Shown here: positions 18,916-31,576 of the stretch, piece by piece
How positions within the stretch are numbered: the stretch's first letter is position 1
Layout: every line of letters begins with the position of its first letter
Made by a program: the position numbers and the translations under genes
NCBI GenBank assembly: GCA_963833985.1
Contig: CAWIAD010000002.1
Location: forward strand, 6,400,001 to 6,464,000
Direction: 5' to 3'
DNA: 64,000 bases
From: an uncultured Planctomycetaceae bacterium
GTDB taxonomy: Bacteria; Planctomycetota; Planctomycetia; Isosphaerales; Isosphaeraceae
The notes under the pieces: generated by a model
Seen by the model: the letters and a program-made list of their open reading frames with translations, nothing else
The model's database searches: none
Told to the model about the DNA's origin: nothing

Positions 18916-21900
18916 GCGGCTCAGCCAGCGACACGACCGCCGCCATACACTGCCGGTGATCGAGACTCTCGAAAGTCGCTGCGTGCTGAGCGGGACGAAC
19001 CTGGCCGCGTTGTCGGCGACCGCGTTGCCGACCGACCCGAGCCTGGCTCTGACCGGTCAGCTCGGAGCCGCCAGCCGCAGCGTGCTCTACCGTTTCACGA
19101 CCGACGCGGACGGGCAGGTCAAAGCCCTGGTCCAGCCGGCTGGTTTCGGGGTGCTTCTCTCTCTGCTGGACGCTGGAGGGAACGTCCTGGTGCAAAGCGA
19201 GGCAACCTCGGCCACGAACCCCAACGCCCGGATTGCCGAACACTTGCCGGCCGGTAGCTATTTCCTGTCAGTGGCTGATCGCAACGGAGCGGGTACGTTT
19301 CAGTTGAGCACCACGTTCACCCAGTCCTCGCTGCCGAACCAGCCGCTCGTCGAGGGCGAGGGGTCCCTGTCGGTGGCGACGGCCGACCTGAACGGCGATC
19401 GCATTCCCGACATGATCAACACGGACTATTACGACTGCCAGATACTCATCAATTTCGGCCTCGGGGACGGCACGTTCCAGCCGCCGGTGGCGATCCCCGT
19501 CGGCGTGTCGCCCTCGTTCGTGTTAGCGGCCGACCTGACCGGCAACGGGGTTACCGACCTGGTCGTCGCCAACGAGTCCTCGAACAACCTGACTGTACTC
19601 GTGGGCAATGGCGACGGCACGTTCCAGGCCCCGGTCACGGTTCCGACCGGCGCCGGGCCCACGAGCATCGTCGCCGGCGACTTCGAAGGCGACGGCCGCA
19701 TCGACCTGGCCGTGGCCGATACGCTCGGTAATTGCGTCGACATCTTCCATGGCAACGGTGATGGCACGTTCACCCGGATCGAGGAGCTGGCCGGGCTCAC
19801 AGGTGCATGCTCGCTGGCCGCCGGCGATTTTCAGAAGAACGGCCGCATCGACCTGGCCGTCGCACAATCGGGCCCGGGCGTGCTGACCATTCTCCAGGGG
19901 CTTGGAAATGGCAAATTCGTCGCGAGCCAGACGCTTCCGGTCGGTCCGGCTGCCTGCGGGGTGACTTCCTGCGATTTCAATGGGGACGGATGGCCCGACC
20001 TGGCCGCCCTCAGCACCACGGACGGTACGGTGGCGGTGTTTGCGAACCACGGCGGTCGGTTCACCGCCTCGGCCTCGCTGAACTCGAGCGAGGAACCTTT
20101 CGGCCTGGTTGCGGACGACTTCAGCGGCGACGGCCGCATCGACCTGGCCGCGTGCAACTCCGGCTCCAACAGCGTCTCGGTGTTTCAGGGGCTGGGCGAC
20201 GGATCCTTCCAGACGGCGGTGACGGTGCAGACAGGCGGCGGCCCGGCGGCCATCGCCGCCTGCGATTTCAACGGCGACGGCAGGCTCGACCTGGTGACCG
20301 CCGATTATACGGGAATGACCCTGTCCGTCTTGATGAACAGGGGCGACGGCACGTTCCTGTCGCCGCCCCCGACGCCGCTCTCCCTCGGTCCCGAGGGCAT
20401 AGTGGCCGTCGACCTGACCGGCAACGGCATCCTCGACCTGGTCACCCCTGACTACAACCTGAACGAGGTGTCCGTGCTCATGGGCCGGGGCGACGGCACC
20501 TTTCGCCTGCCGATCCAGGTCCCCGCGGGCGCCGGCCCACTCGATGTGGCCGTTGGAGATTTCACCGGCGACCACATTCCTGACCTGGCGGTCGCAGACA
20601 GCCTCACGGACACGGTCATGATCCTGCAAGGCCGGGGCGACGGCACGTTCTTCCCCATCAATACCCTGGCCGCGGGCGGTGCTCCCTCCTATGTGCGGGC
20701 GGCCGACCTGGACGGTGACGGCAAGCTCGACCTTGTCGTCGCCAATTACCTTTCCAACACTGTGTCTGTTTATTACGGGCTCGGTGGAGGGAAGTTCACG
20801 AGCCAGCAGGTCTATCCCGTCGGGCTCACGCCGTCGGGACTCGTGGTCGGCGACTTCAACGGCGACGGCCGTCCCGACATCGCGGTCTGCGATGCCGGCA
20901 CCAGCGACGTGGAAGTGCTGCTGGGCACGGGCAATCGCACGTTCGCGGCGCCACTCTGCTTCCCGACCGGCGCCGAGCCCTGGGCGCTCGGGGCGGCGGA
21001 CCTGAACCACGACGGCCGCATCGACCTGTTTCTGACCGATGGCGGATCGTGGCAGACCCCGTGTGTCGCGGTTCTCCTAGGCAAAGGCGATGGCACCTTC
21101 CAGACCGCGGTCCAGTACAGGGTCGGCGCCACCCCCTACCCCGTGGCGGCCGGCGACTTCAACGGCGACGGCAATCTCGATCTCATCTCGGGCAACGACG
21201 GGTCGAACGATGTCTCGCTCCTCGTGGGCCGTGGCGATGGTACCTTCGCCCCCGAAGTCCGGTTGCCGGCCGGGGAAACACCGTACGGAATCGCCGTGGG
21301 TGACTTCAACAGGGATGGGCATGCCGACTTCGCGGTTGTGAACACGCGTTCCGACGATGTCACCGTGGAACTGGGCAACGGAAGCGGCGCGTTCCAGGCC
21401 CCGATCACGCAGAGCCTGACCGCCTCGACCTACCCGACGGTGACGGCGAACTTTGACGACGACGGCAACCTGGACCTGGCAATCGCCAACCCTGACATGG
21501 GGACCGTCACGATCGAGACCGGAGACGGCAATGGCAGGTTCACCTTGAGCACGACGATCCAGACCGGCGGTCGTCCGTCCGGCCTGCTCGCGGGCGACTT
21601 CAACGGCGATGGCCGCACCGACCTGGCCATCGCCGACTCGGCACTGAACCAGATGCTGATCCTGCTGGGCAACGGCGACGGCACGTTCCAGCCGCCTCTG
21701 TCATACAATGTGGGCATCGCGCCCGGGTCGCTGGTCATGGGCAACTTCTTGGGCAGCGGTCATACGGATATCGCCGTTGCGGACGCGCGCTCCAATGACA
21801 TTGCCTTGCTCTACGGCAACGGTGACGGCACGTTTCGGGTCGGGCCGCGACTGCCGGTCGGCTCGGAGCCGGTGGCCCTGGCCGCCGCCGACCTGGCGGG

Positions 21901-24900
21901 CAACGGCCTGGACGATCTGGTCACCGCTGATCAGAGCTCGGACGACCTGACCGTCTGGTGGAACCTGGGCGCGGGACATTACCAGCGCCAGACCATCGGG
22001 ACGGGGGTTTCGCCCGCGACACTGGTTGCCGGCGACTTCTTCCAGAACGGTCGTGTCGAGCTGGCCTACACCGAAGCGGTCGGCGACCAGCTCTTCGTGG
22101 TCGCCCCCGTTGGCCCTGCCGGGTCGTGGACAACGCTCACGGTCAATCTGGGTCTGAACGCGGCGCTCCTGGCCGGCTGCGGACTGAACGCACAGGGCGC
22201 GCTGCCCGATGAACTGGCGGCCGCCGACCAGAACGGGAACGTGGTGATCGTCCGCAGCCAGAGCTGCGGCGCGTTGAGCGTTCTGCCGTCCATTCCGCTG
22301 GGGGTTCGCCCCGGCTGGCTCGCCTTCGGCGACGTCACGGGACGCGGCCGCGCCGATATGATCGCCATCAGCGTCTCCTCGGGCGCCGTCGAGGTCCTGC
22401 TCAGCCTTGGCAATGACCAGTACGCCCAGCCCCAGAGCACGGTGCCGCTACCGAACCCCGCGCCCTGGTCTTCAGGACACCCTCAGGTGGGACTGACATC
22501 GTCACGATGAATTTTCAAGGCCACGTCCGGGAGCGGAACGCCAGCGCCGCGCGCCGGGGCAGTTCAGCTCGGCCTTCGACCCCACAGCGGGCAACCCGAT
22601 TACGATCACGGGCTGGGCCGTGCTGGTGGACGGTGGAATTCCGGCGGTTGCGGTCCTCGACTCCCGGGACTCATTGATCCTGATCCTGAGGACGGACATG
22701 GAGGCGGTCGTCGCGATCATCGGGTCCATTCCCTTGCCGCCGGGCGCCGTGTACACCACGCTCGCGGCCGGCGACCTGAACCGGGACGGCCGCGACGATC
22801 TGGCCGTGGTGGACCTGGGGTCCAACCGCGTGCTGGTATTCGCCCAGGACGCAAGCGGAGGCTTTCGTCAGCAAGGCGCACCCATCGCCGTGGGTTCCGG
22901 GCCCACCGCGATCACGATTAACGAATCGACCAGGAGCGGCTGGCCGGAGATCCTCGTCTCCAACGGCTCGTCGGGCGATCTCAGCATCATCCCCGTCGGC
23001 CCGAATTTCGCGTTCGGGGCCGAGGTCCGCATCCGCGCCGGCCTGAGCCCGGCAGTCGCCGTCGCGACCGCATCGGGCTTGCAGACGACGAGCACCGACG
23101 AGCCGGTCGACGTGACGACCGGGGTCTTCGACGCCTCGAGGCTGACGAGCGTCGTCATCGTCCTGCAAGGCGCCAACAGTATCTCGGTGCTCCAGGAAAT
23201 AGCGAATGGCGGCGTGGCCGATCCCAGTCCAGCCTCTTGCTATTCGACCGGAATCGAACCCGTCCAGGCCGTCGTCGCGCCGCTGGGGAGCGATGGCTTG
23301 AACGACATTGCCGTGCTCAATGCCGGCAGCCAGGACATCTCGATCTTCATGAACGATGGGCACGGCGGCTTCGTGACGATGCCCCGGGTCGACGCCGGCA
23401 ACGACCCCACAGGGCTGGCGGTTCATGACGTGAACGGGGACGGCATCCCCGATTTGCTCGTGGGCAACAGGTTCGGCGATCTGCTCATTCTCCTGGGCAA
23501 CGGCGACGGCACGTTCCGGCCCTACGTGCGGGCGGATCCGACAGTGAGCTTGGCCGTCGGCGACCTGAACGGCGACGGCAAGCTCGCCTTCGTTTTCAGC
23601 CAGAGTGCGCAGGACGCCCTGTCGGTGAGCTACCAGGGATCCAATGCCTTCTTCGTGCAGGGCCGGAGCGAGGGAATCCTCGCGCCTGGCCCGGTACTCC
23701 TCGCCGACCTCAACGGCGACGGCGTCCCCGACCTCATTGTGGCCAACACCGGCGCGAACGACGTGCTGGTTTACCTGGGACAGGGGCACGGCCGGTTCTC
23801 CGCCCCCCTGCGCTTCTTCACCGGCATGTCTCCACTGGGCCTGACCGTGGCCGACCTGAACGGGGACGGCATCCCCGATCTGGTGGTCACCAACGAGGCC
23901 TCTGACGACCTGACGATTCTCTTTGGGCAAGGACGGGGAGCGGACTGGACGTTCGTGCCGGGACCCCGGCTGAAAGCCGGCGACCGCCCCGTATCCACCA
24001 CCGTGGCCGACCTGAGCGGAGACGGCATCCCTGACATTCTCTGCGTGGACCAGGGGAGCAACGACGTGTTGCTGCTCAAGGGTCTGGGCCGCGGCTGCTT
24101 CGACGACCGGAACCCCGTGGTCTTCCCGTCCGGCCAGGAGCCGATCCAGGCGTTCGTGGGGCGGTTCGGTTCCAGCCGGTCGGCCGGTCTGGTCATCCTC
24201 AATGCAGGCTCGAGCACGATGACTTACTACCCTGGGCCAGTTGTTCAGGGTGAGGCTGCGATCACGCTCTCCAGCGGCGGGCTCGACCCGGTTGCCGGGG
24301 TCATGGGAGACTTCGCCCAGAACGGATTCGACGACCTGGTCATTGCCAACAGCGGCGATTCCCGCCTGGCGGTCTTCATCGCCAGCGCACGGGGGCTCAT
24401 ACTCTCCAACATCGTCTCCCTTGCCGCGACCAGCCAGGTGACGGACCTGGCGATCGTGGCCAATGGAGGGGGTGGATTCGAGCTCTTCGTCAGCACCCAG
24501 AAGGCAGGGCAGGTGATCGGCGTCACGCTGATGGCAACGGGCTCGGAAGGCATCTTGCCGGGGCAGTCCGGTGTCGCAACCGCTTCAACGTGGGCCGGCT
24601 CGCTCGGCCCTGGAGCGGGTGCCTTCAGTTTCCTCGCGACGCCCGCCAGTGCCATGCTGACCGAGGAGTCTGCCCTCGGGCAGAGCCAGTCCGCCACAGC
24701 CACCGTGACCCTGTCGGAGAGTTACGTCGGCCAGATTGCAGCGACCGTCGCCACCCTCACGCAGGAACTCTTGCCCATTCTGAACGCTCCGCTCTCCTCG
24801 CTGGCGAGCTTGACAGAGAGCCTGATCCAGGTCGCGCAGCTCCAGATCTCGGATATCTTGCCGCTTGGTCAGACCGAGGCCGCCATGGTCGCGGTGCTCA

Positions 24901-25625
24901 CGTCCGTCACCCAGACGGTGGACCAGGACTCCTCGGACGCCGCAGAGAGCCAGGGCGCCGAGCCTGCTGCGACGGGCCAGATCGCGCACGAGGGCGGAGC
25001 ATCGCCACCGTCGGCCGTGGACCTGTTGCTCTCCTGTCCCGGGGTGCCGCCTGACCTGCTTCGTCGTGACCTTCTCGATGCGCGGCCAGGCGGCCGACCG
25101 AGCTGCGAATGGGTCTGGAATGCCCGCACGGCCCCTCCCGGTCAGGCTCCTCGGCCTGCCGTCGATCTTGCCACTCTCCAGCTCGCCGCGCTGGGCCCGA
25201 TCGTCCCCGATCAGGCCCCGGGTGCAACAAGCGACGCCGGGTTCACCCCGAACCTCGAGGCGGTGGTCTGGGGCGAAAGCAACGGGCTGGAGCTGCCGCC
25301 CGCAGATCCGGGTGACTTCCGGCCCGGCCTCGCGTTTCCCGTCGCCGCGGCCACCGTGGTGTCAGGTGTCGTGATTGGCGCCGCTCTCTGGAAGTGCCGC
25401 GAGCGCATCTTCCGGGCCGCCCGGCTGCTCGGCGACGACGGTCCGGATGAACCACCTTTCACTGTGTCACCCGGACAAAGGGCGAGTCGAAGCTCGAGAT
25501 TCTCGGAAATGAACTCGCGGCCGAGTCGCGACTTGCCGCCCTGGGTGAACTCACCGGTCTCCGAACGCCTCGGCAAGAATGGCAGGAGCCGGCTCTCCGG
25601 CTGGCTCGTGTCCATGACGTACTGA
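18872..25625 (+). CDS. Giant FG-GAP/VCBS repeat surface protein (frame breaks at about 22465-22700)
   Basis: ETLESRCVLS leader; more than 20 DxNGDGxxDL...GxGDGTF repeats; C-terminal TM helix followed by basic residues. Confidence 0.88.
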
Positions 25626-25785
25626 GTGTCCTGGCGCAGTCGATGCGACGGGCGCGGGTTGGGTGCCGTCTCTCAGGCTCTTGCGCCGCGCCGTCGCGAA
25701 TTCCTTGGCAAGCTCCTGCGCCACGGTCCTGGCGAACCAGGACCGCGCACGCGGCCGGGTCGCCGTCACGGCGCCCGGTCCAGGT

Positions 25786-26883
25786 TCAACCCACGTTGGC
25801 GACGAAGCCATGGAACACGCCGTTCGCGTCGGAGTAGAACCCGGTGATCTCGCCCGAGTTCGTGATCCCCGTGATCTGGGTCACTTCCACGCCGTTGCTG
25901 AAGGCCTCGCTGGGATCGTCGAGGAAAGTGTACTGGCCGGTATTGGTGTTGTAGATGAAGCCGTGCTGGCTCGTGGTCGAGTCGCCATAGTAGCCCACGG
26001 CGATGCCCTTGTCGTTCACGGACAGGATCTGCGAGAACACGAACGTTGCACCCGGCTCGCCGGGGACGTTCGGGATGCTCGGGTCGGCCACCGCGGCTCC
26101 CGTCAACGTGTGGTGTCTTGCTTTCGACAGACTGGCCGTGAAACCGTGGTCCTGGCCATCCGTCCCCACGTAAAAGCCGACCACCAGCCCATGGTTGTTG
26201 ATGCCCTGCGCGTTGACCATGTTCGGACCGGACGGGGCATTGACCGTGGTGTAGCTCCCCCCCTTGCTCAGGATGAAGCCCGGCATCTGCCCATTGACCG
26301 TCTCCTGGCCGACGATCATCGCCTTGTCGTTGATTCCGAAGGCAACCGCCGAGGAACTTCCCGGAGGAACGAACGTCTGTAGCTTGCCACTCGCGGAAAG
26401 CGTGAAGGCGTTTCCGTTGCCATCCGTTCCCACCACGGTGCCATAGTTGTTTGTCCCAAACGCCTGGGCCGCCGTGGAGCCGTTGATGTTGAGGGCTTTC
26501 ACTTTCGTCGACTTCAGCGGGTTGACTGTGAAGTTGTGGAACCCTCCGTTGTTGTCGATCGTGAAGCCCACGGAGTTGCCGATGTTGGAAATGCCGTTCT
26601 GATTGGTACCGGCGCCCGCCATGTTTCCGGCGCCCGGTCCGTCAAAGTTCGTGAACTGGTAACCCCCCGCGCTCACCTGACCCAGGATGGTGATTCCCGG
26701 GCCGGACACGCTCGGACTGACCTTGTGATTGAGATGCCCTTGCACGTGCACCTCCGCGGAGACGTGCGAATGACTCAGGCCGTGCGGCATGTGGGCGTTG
26801 AGCAGGACTCGCTCCTCCAATGATCCCACAGTGGGGCTCAGTTGACGATTGCGTTCCCGAGTGGACCGGTTGGTACGCAGCAT
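25786..26883 (-). CDS. Extracellular protein with HAF-like beta-propeller repeats
   Basis: GSLEERVLL leader; repeated 'AFGINDK..IVG', 'GINNHGLVVG' and 'HGF'. Confidence 0.75.
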   Translation of the reverse strand: MLRTNRSTRERNRQLSPTVGSLEERVLLNAHMPHGLSHSHVSAEVHVQGHLNHKVSPSVSGPGITILGQVSAGGYQFTNFDGPGAGNMAGAGTNQNGISNIGNSVGFTIDNNGGFHNFTVNPLKSTKVKALNINGSTAAQAFGTNNYGTVVGTDGNGNAFTLSASGKLQTFVPPGSSSAVAFGINDKAMIVGQETVNGQMPGFILSKGGSYTTVNAPSGPNMVNAQGINNHGLVVGFYVGTDGQDHGFTASLSKARHHTLTGAAVADPSIPNVPGEPGATFVFSQILSVNDKGIAVGYYGDSTTSQHGFIYNTNTGQYTFLDDPSEAFSNGVEVTQITGITNSGEITGFYSDANGVFHGFVANVG

Positions 26884-27403
26884 CGAAATAGCTCCTGGTG
26901 AAAATCAACTGACGTCTAACGAATGCAAGGGCGACACGATCCCGCCCCAGAGACGGATCTGGAGGATTTCAAGACCGATGGTGCGCCCGAAGTCCCCGGC
27001 ACCGGTGATCATTGCAGCCGAGGACAGGGGTCAGTCAGGGCAGGTCGAGCAACGCCCTCGACAGGCGAGAATCTGCGGAGCAGACCAGCGTCTCTCCGCT
27101 CCACCAGGAAATTGCCAGTTCGCGAGATTGTCAGACAGGACTGACATTTTTTTTTCGGAATGTGTCAGAAAGGAGCGCCCGCTCCGTCACGGGCAGGGGC
27201 AACGTCACCCGTTCCGAGCGCTTTGCCAGGATCAGCGGTGCCGGGAACCTGAGCGGCATCACGTACTGGAGCTTCAGAGACTGGCTCCCGGTACCGCTTT
27301 TTTCAAGCTGCCTGGTGACGGCGTTTTATCTAAATGGATCCTCGCCTCTTGGAATGTGGGCCAGCCGCCCTCGGCTGGCCCACACTTTCCCTCTCACGGG
27401 CAG

Positions 27404-27895
27404 CTATTTAGGCGCCACGATCACCTCGGTCTTGCCCGGGACAACGACCTTCGTCTCGGTCTTGCCGGCCGACGTGACGTCGATGACGCGCACCTCGGGC
27501 TGGCCCTCGATCACCTTGACTTCCTTGACGACGGCCAGTTCGTCGATCACCGTCGTGACGCCCAGGGTGTTCGCAACCAGCTCGACCGCGGTTTGCTTTG
27601 CCGAGTCGCTGATGACGGAACCGCGCAGGACGATGGTACCGCCTGCCCGGGCTTCGAACTGGAGCGCCGAGCCCGCGAACCGCTTGTCCCATTCAATCCG
27701 GCGCATCACGCGGCCAAGAACTTCCCGCTCCTGAGCAGTGATCTGCCCACGGGCGATCTCCGATTCCACGCGGTAACGGATGTTCTTGCCCATGTTGTCG
27801 AGCGCTTGCCCGGCCCGCTGAATCGGTCCCTCCTGGGCAGACGCCGCGGAAATGATCGTGATCGCGACCAGTGCTGCGGAGAGCAGTCGAGCCAT
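27404..27895 (-). CDS. Secreted BON domain protein
   Basis: Signal peptide; 'GTIVLRGSV...KQTAVELVANTLGVTTVIDEL'. Confidence 0.8.
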   Translation of the reverse strand: MARLLSAALVAITIISAASAQEGPIQRAGQALDNMGKNIRYRVESEIARGQITAQEREVLGRVMRRIEWDKRFAGSALQFEARAGGTIVLRGSVISDSAKQTAVELVANTLGVTTVIDELAVVKEVKVIEGQPEVRVIDVTSAGKTETKVVVPGKTEVIVAPK

Positions 27896-28016
27896 GGTCG
27901 TGCTCCTCTCTGTAAAGGAAAGAGGTTTGTGGTTGGACTGGAGACTATGCCGTGGAAACCGAGCGACCCCGGAAGCATCCGATGTGCCGCCCTCACGGTA
28001 TTCCGCGCGCACCAGG

Positions 28017-28052
28017 ATGACCCGGAGTCCGGATATGACCCGGAGTCCGGAT
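28017..28052. repeat. 18-bp perfect tandem duplication
   Basis: ATGACCCGGAGTCCGGAT twice. Confidence 0.8.
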
Positions 28053-28260
28053 ACTCCGGCCCTGAGATCTGTGCCTTGCCGACGCCACGGGATATCCGAT
28101 TCCAACAGCTGTCCTGCGTGGCAGCCGGGAGAGAATCCCGTTCTGCCTGGAGCTCGATCGGGATCGCGATCACGGACGGGATCCGGAAACCCTGGCACGA
28201 ACTCTTCTCGGCGGGCGGCCGTTCGCTCGAGCGGCTTTCGCCCGGATCGCAGACTGAGAC

Positions 28261-28341
28261 CGGGGGCAGGCATTCCTGCCTGCCGGAGCAGGCCTGCCCT
28301 GGCAGACAGGAATGTCGGCAGACAGGAATGTCTGCCCCCCG
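28261..28341. repeat. REP doublet, GGGGCAGACATTCCTGTCTGCC family
   Basis: CGGGGGCAGGCATTCCTGCCTGCC ... GGCAGACAGGAATGTC (twice) TGCCCCC. Confidence 0.85.
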
Positions 28342-28379
28342 AAACTCAGAAACTGCCTGCAACGCGTCAGAAAACTGCT

Positions 28380-29165
28380 CTAATCGAGCCTTCCGAGTCC
28401 TTTTTCCCGGCTGCGCTCGAACATCCAGGCGAAGAAGAGGATGGCCAGGGCCAGGTAAAGGATGTTCAGTGCAAAGCTGAGGAACAGGTCGTTCAAGGGC
28501 ATGGGGCCACCCCGGAGGACCTGCCGCATGCCCTCGAAGATGTAGGTCATCGGCAGGACCATGGCGATGGCCCGGGCCCAGCCGGGAAGGACATCGAGCG
28601 GATAATAAACGGCGCTGAACGGCGCGAGCGCAAAGCCGGCGATCCAGGCGATGCTCTGGACCTTGCGGCCGTAGTAAACGATCACGCCGGCCCCGGCGAA
28701 ACCCATGAACCAGCCCGAGATCAGGAGCGAGAACAGGAACGGCAGCATCAGCCAGCCGATGGCGAAGATGTTCAGCCGGTACAGTACCCACACCGCGCCC
28801 GCGCCGATGATCAGCGTCAAGATGTTCTTGATCAGCCCCAGCAGTACCAGGCCCACGCACCATTCCCAGACCGAGAGCGGCGTGGCAAAGAGGTTGACCA
28901 TGTTCTGGTTCCAGAACTCTTCCAGCAGGTTCACCGAGATCTCGTAGTTGGCTCGCCAGACCACCTGCCAGAAGACCACGCCGGTCAGCAAGATGAGCGC
29001 GAGCTGCGGCACCTCGGAACCGGCCGTCTCCACCCACCTGCTGGTGAGACCCCAGATCACCAGGTCGATCACCGGCCAGTAGACCGTCTCGGCCCACCGC
29101 TCGAGCGTGCGGGGGAACAGGTAAAGGTGGCGCATGACCACGGCGCCAATGCGATGCAGCCTCAT
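28380..29165 (-). CDS. ABC-2 type transporter permease
   Basis: Multi-TM protein; 'VYYPLDVLPGWARAIAMVLPMTYIFEGMRQVL'; ATGA overlap with the ATPase gene. Confidence 0.9.
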   Translation of the reverse strand: MRLHRIGAVVMRHLYLFPRTLERWAETVYWPVIDLVIWGLTSRWVETAGSEVPQLALILLTGVVFWQVVWRANYEISVNLLEEFWNQNMVNLFATPLSVWEWCVGLVLLGLIKNILTLIIGAGAVWVLYRLNIFAIGWLMLPFLFSLLISGWFMGFAGAGVIVYYGRKVQSIAWIAGFALAPFSAVYYPLDVLPGWARAIAMVLPMTYIFEGMRQVLRGGPMPLNDLFLSFALNILYLALAILFFAWMFERSREKGLGRLD

Positions 29166-30184
29166 GATCCGAGGGATCTCCCCTCGCCCGCGGCCGGGAC
29201 GGTTCCCGCGGCCCTTGCGCGCACTGCACGCGTAGTCCGTCCCCGCGCCAGCATGATGAAGTAGTCTTCCAGCGTCGGCTTGAAGAGCGCGATGCCGGTG
29301 TACCGCACCCCCCTGGCGGCGAGGTCCTGAAGGAAGCCGGCGACGTCGTGCTCGTCGATCTCCACCTCCGCCGTGGTCCCGGAGAACGTGGCGGCCAGCC
29401 CGCACGCGGCTGCGGCGTGCAGCAGATCCGGCAGGCCCTGCTCCATGGTGAACCGCGCTCTGGTGGCGTCGGCCTGGGCCGCCAGCTCCTCGGGCGTTCC
29501 CACGGCGGCGATCTTGCCGCCGTCGAGGAAAAGCACGCGATCGCAGATCTGCGCCACTTCATCCATGTTGTGCGAGGTGTAGAGGATCGACACCCCGGCA
29601 TCATCACGCTGCTCGCGCACGAACCCGCGGACCTCGTGGGCGATGTCCGGGTCGAGCGACGCCGTAGGTTCGTCCAGCAGCGCGATCCGCGGACGGGCAA
29701 GAAACGCCTTGGCCAGCATCACGCGAGTTGTCTGGCCGGCCGACAGTCCCGCCATCGTGCGCCGGCGCAGCTCCCACACGCCGAAGCGTGTCAGCAGCTC
29801 CTTGATCCGCTCCTTCCGTTCGCTCGCCGACATGCCATAGAGCCGGCCGAAGACATCCAGGTTTTCCTCGATCGCCAGGTGCGTGGGCAGCTTGGAATAG
29901 GCGCTGGCGTAACCCACCCGGGCCAGGATTGCCTCCCGGTCCCTGTCCAGCGACTTGCCGAAGTAAGCGATCCGCCCGGAAGTCGGTTTGAGCGTGCTCA
30001 GGAGCATCTGGATCGTCGTGGTCTTGCCGGCGCCGTTGGGTCCTAGAAGGCCCAGGACCTCGCCCCGGCCCAGCTCGAAGCTGATGTGATCCACGGCCGT
30101 CACCGGCTTGCGGCCGCGAAAGACCTTGGTCAGGTCGCCGACCTCGAGCACGGGAGCCGGCGCGCCGCGGCCTTGCATCATCAC
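29162..30184 (-). CDS. ABC transporter ATP-binding protein
   Basis: GPNGAGKTT, LSAGQ, LLDEPT, SHNM. Confidence 0.92.
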   Translation of the reverse strand: MMMQGRGAPAPVLEVGDLTKVFRGRKPVTAVDHISFELGRGEVLGLLGPNGAGKTTTIQMLLSTLKPTSGRIAYFGKSLDRDREAILARVGYASAYSKLPTHLAIEENLDVFGRLYGMSASERKERIKELLTRFGVWELRRRTMAGLSAGQTTRVMLAKAFLARPRIALLDEPTASLDPDIAHEVRGFVREQRDDAGVSILYTSHNMDEVAQICDRVLFLDGGKIAAVGTPEELAAQADATRARFTMEQGLPDLLHAAAACGLAATFSGTTAEVEIDEHDVAGFLQDLAARGVRYTGIALFKPTLEDYFIMLARGRTTRAVRARAAGTVPAAGEGRSLGS

Positions 30185-30559
30185 TTCCCTTCACACACGA
30201 GGCCCGGACGCAGCGCGAACACACGGCAGCCGGCTTCCCGGAAAGCTGGACACACCCGGCCGCGTCCGGGTTCGCTCTGTTCCGGCATCGCCCGAGGCGA
30301 GCCATACACCCGGCCGGAACCACGCGCCACTCGACGCGTCTGCCGCGTTATGATACCAAGGCTAAGGTCGGCAATTTGAGGTCACCCGGCCTCGGCGGCG
30401 GTGCGTTGGCTCCGATTGGCCGAACCGGATATCGGGTTTCCTTCTGCCCAGGCCATCTATTGCCCCCAGTTTCTTGCCGGTCCGGCCATTGCCTGCCGTC
30501 CTCGCGCCCGCGAACGATGCCCGACCGGCCCCGGAGTCGTGCCCGACCAGGAGTCAGGA

Positions 30560-31576
30560 TTGACGGAGCAGATCGTCTCTCATCTCGGATACGTCGGCAT
30601 CGCCCTGATCTTGATCCTGGGCGGCGTCGGTCTTCCCATTCCCGAGGAAGCCCCCGTGATCCTGGCGGCCGTCCTGTCGCGGAGCGGCAAGATGGTCCCC
30701 GCGCTGGCCCTGGCCACATGCCTGATCGGAGTGCTGCTGGGGGATTTTGTGGTCTACTTCCTTGGGTTTTATTATGGCGAGAAGGTGCTCAGCCTGCCTT
30801 TGACCCGGCGCTTTCTGACCCGCGCCCGCGAAGCCCAGATCAAGGGCTATTTTCACCGTCACGGTTTCAAGATCCTGATCCTGGGCCGGTTCGCCGTGGG
30901 CTTTCGCACGGCAGCCTACATGACCGCCGGCATCCTCAAGCTCCCTGCGCTCAAGCTTTTCTTCACCGACCTGATCGCCGCGTCGCTGAGCACGTTCCTG
31001 ATGTTCGGGCTCGGCTTCATCTTCGCCCAGCAGATCCAGAGCGGGATCCGCGAGATGCAGCAATACTTCGCACTCGCGCTGGCCCTGGGACTGGCGTCCT
31101 GGCTGCTCTACCGCTTTTACATGGGCCGCAAGCGGGCCGGGCTGCCTGTTGGCCCACCAGTGCTCTACGGTGACGAGCCGCCCCTGCCGCCCGACGATCT
31201 CTCGGCGTTTTCCGGGAAGCGGGAACGACTGGCGGAATCACAGGCCGGGCCCGCTCGTTCCCGGACGATCGAGCAAGCGGAGCCGGAGCCGGCACTCACG
31301 GTCGCGGCGCCACCGCCGGCTCCCCCCGTCGCGGCGCCACCGCCGACTGCTCCGGTCGCGGCCCTGCCGCAGGATGCCCCGGTCGCGGCCCTGCCGGCGC
31401 CACTGCCGGAGGTGCCGGCCGCCTCCCAGCCAGACGGCGCCGGCCCGTGTCCCAGCCCGGCGCACCGGCTCCCCGGCGATGAGGCGATGGCCGTGGCGTT
31501 CCAGGAAGCGCACGCAAATTCGCGTGCCGGTGCGCACGCGCCATTGCCAGGTCGGGCAGAGCCAAAGTCGTGTTGA
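30560..31576 (+). CDS. DedA/VTT family protein with a Pro/Ala-rich tail
   Basis: GLPIPEE, GDFVVYFLG, GRFAVGFR; TTG start after AGGAG. Confidence 0.88.
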   Translation: MTEQIVSHLGYVGIALILILGGVGLPIPEEAPVILAAVLSRSGKMVPALALATCLIGVLLGDFVVYFLGFYYGEKVLSLPLTRRFLTRAREAQIKGYFHRHGFKILILGRFAVGFRTAAYMTAGILKLPALKLFFTDLIAASLSTFLMFGLGFIFAQQIQSGIREMQQYFALALALGLASWLLYRFYMGRKRAGLPVGPPVLYGDEPPLPPDDLSAFSGKRERLAESQAGPARSRTIEQAEPEPALTVAAPPPAPPVAAPPPTAPVAALPQDAPVAALPAPLPEVPAASQPDGAGPCPSPAHRLPGDEAMAVAFQEAHANSRAGAHAPLPGRAEPKSC

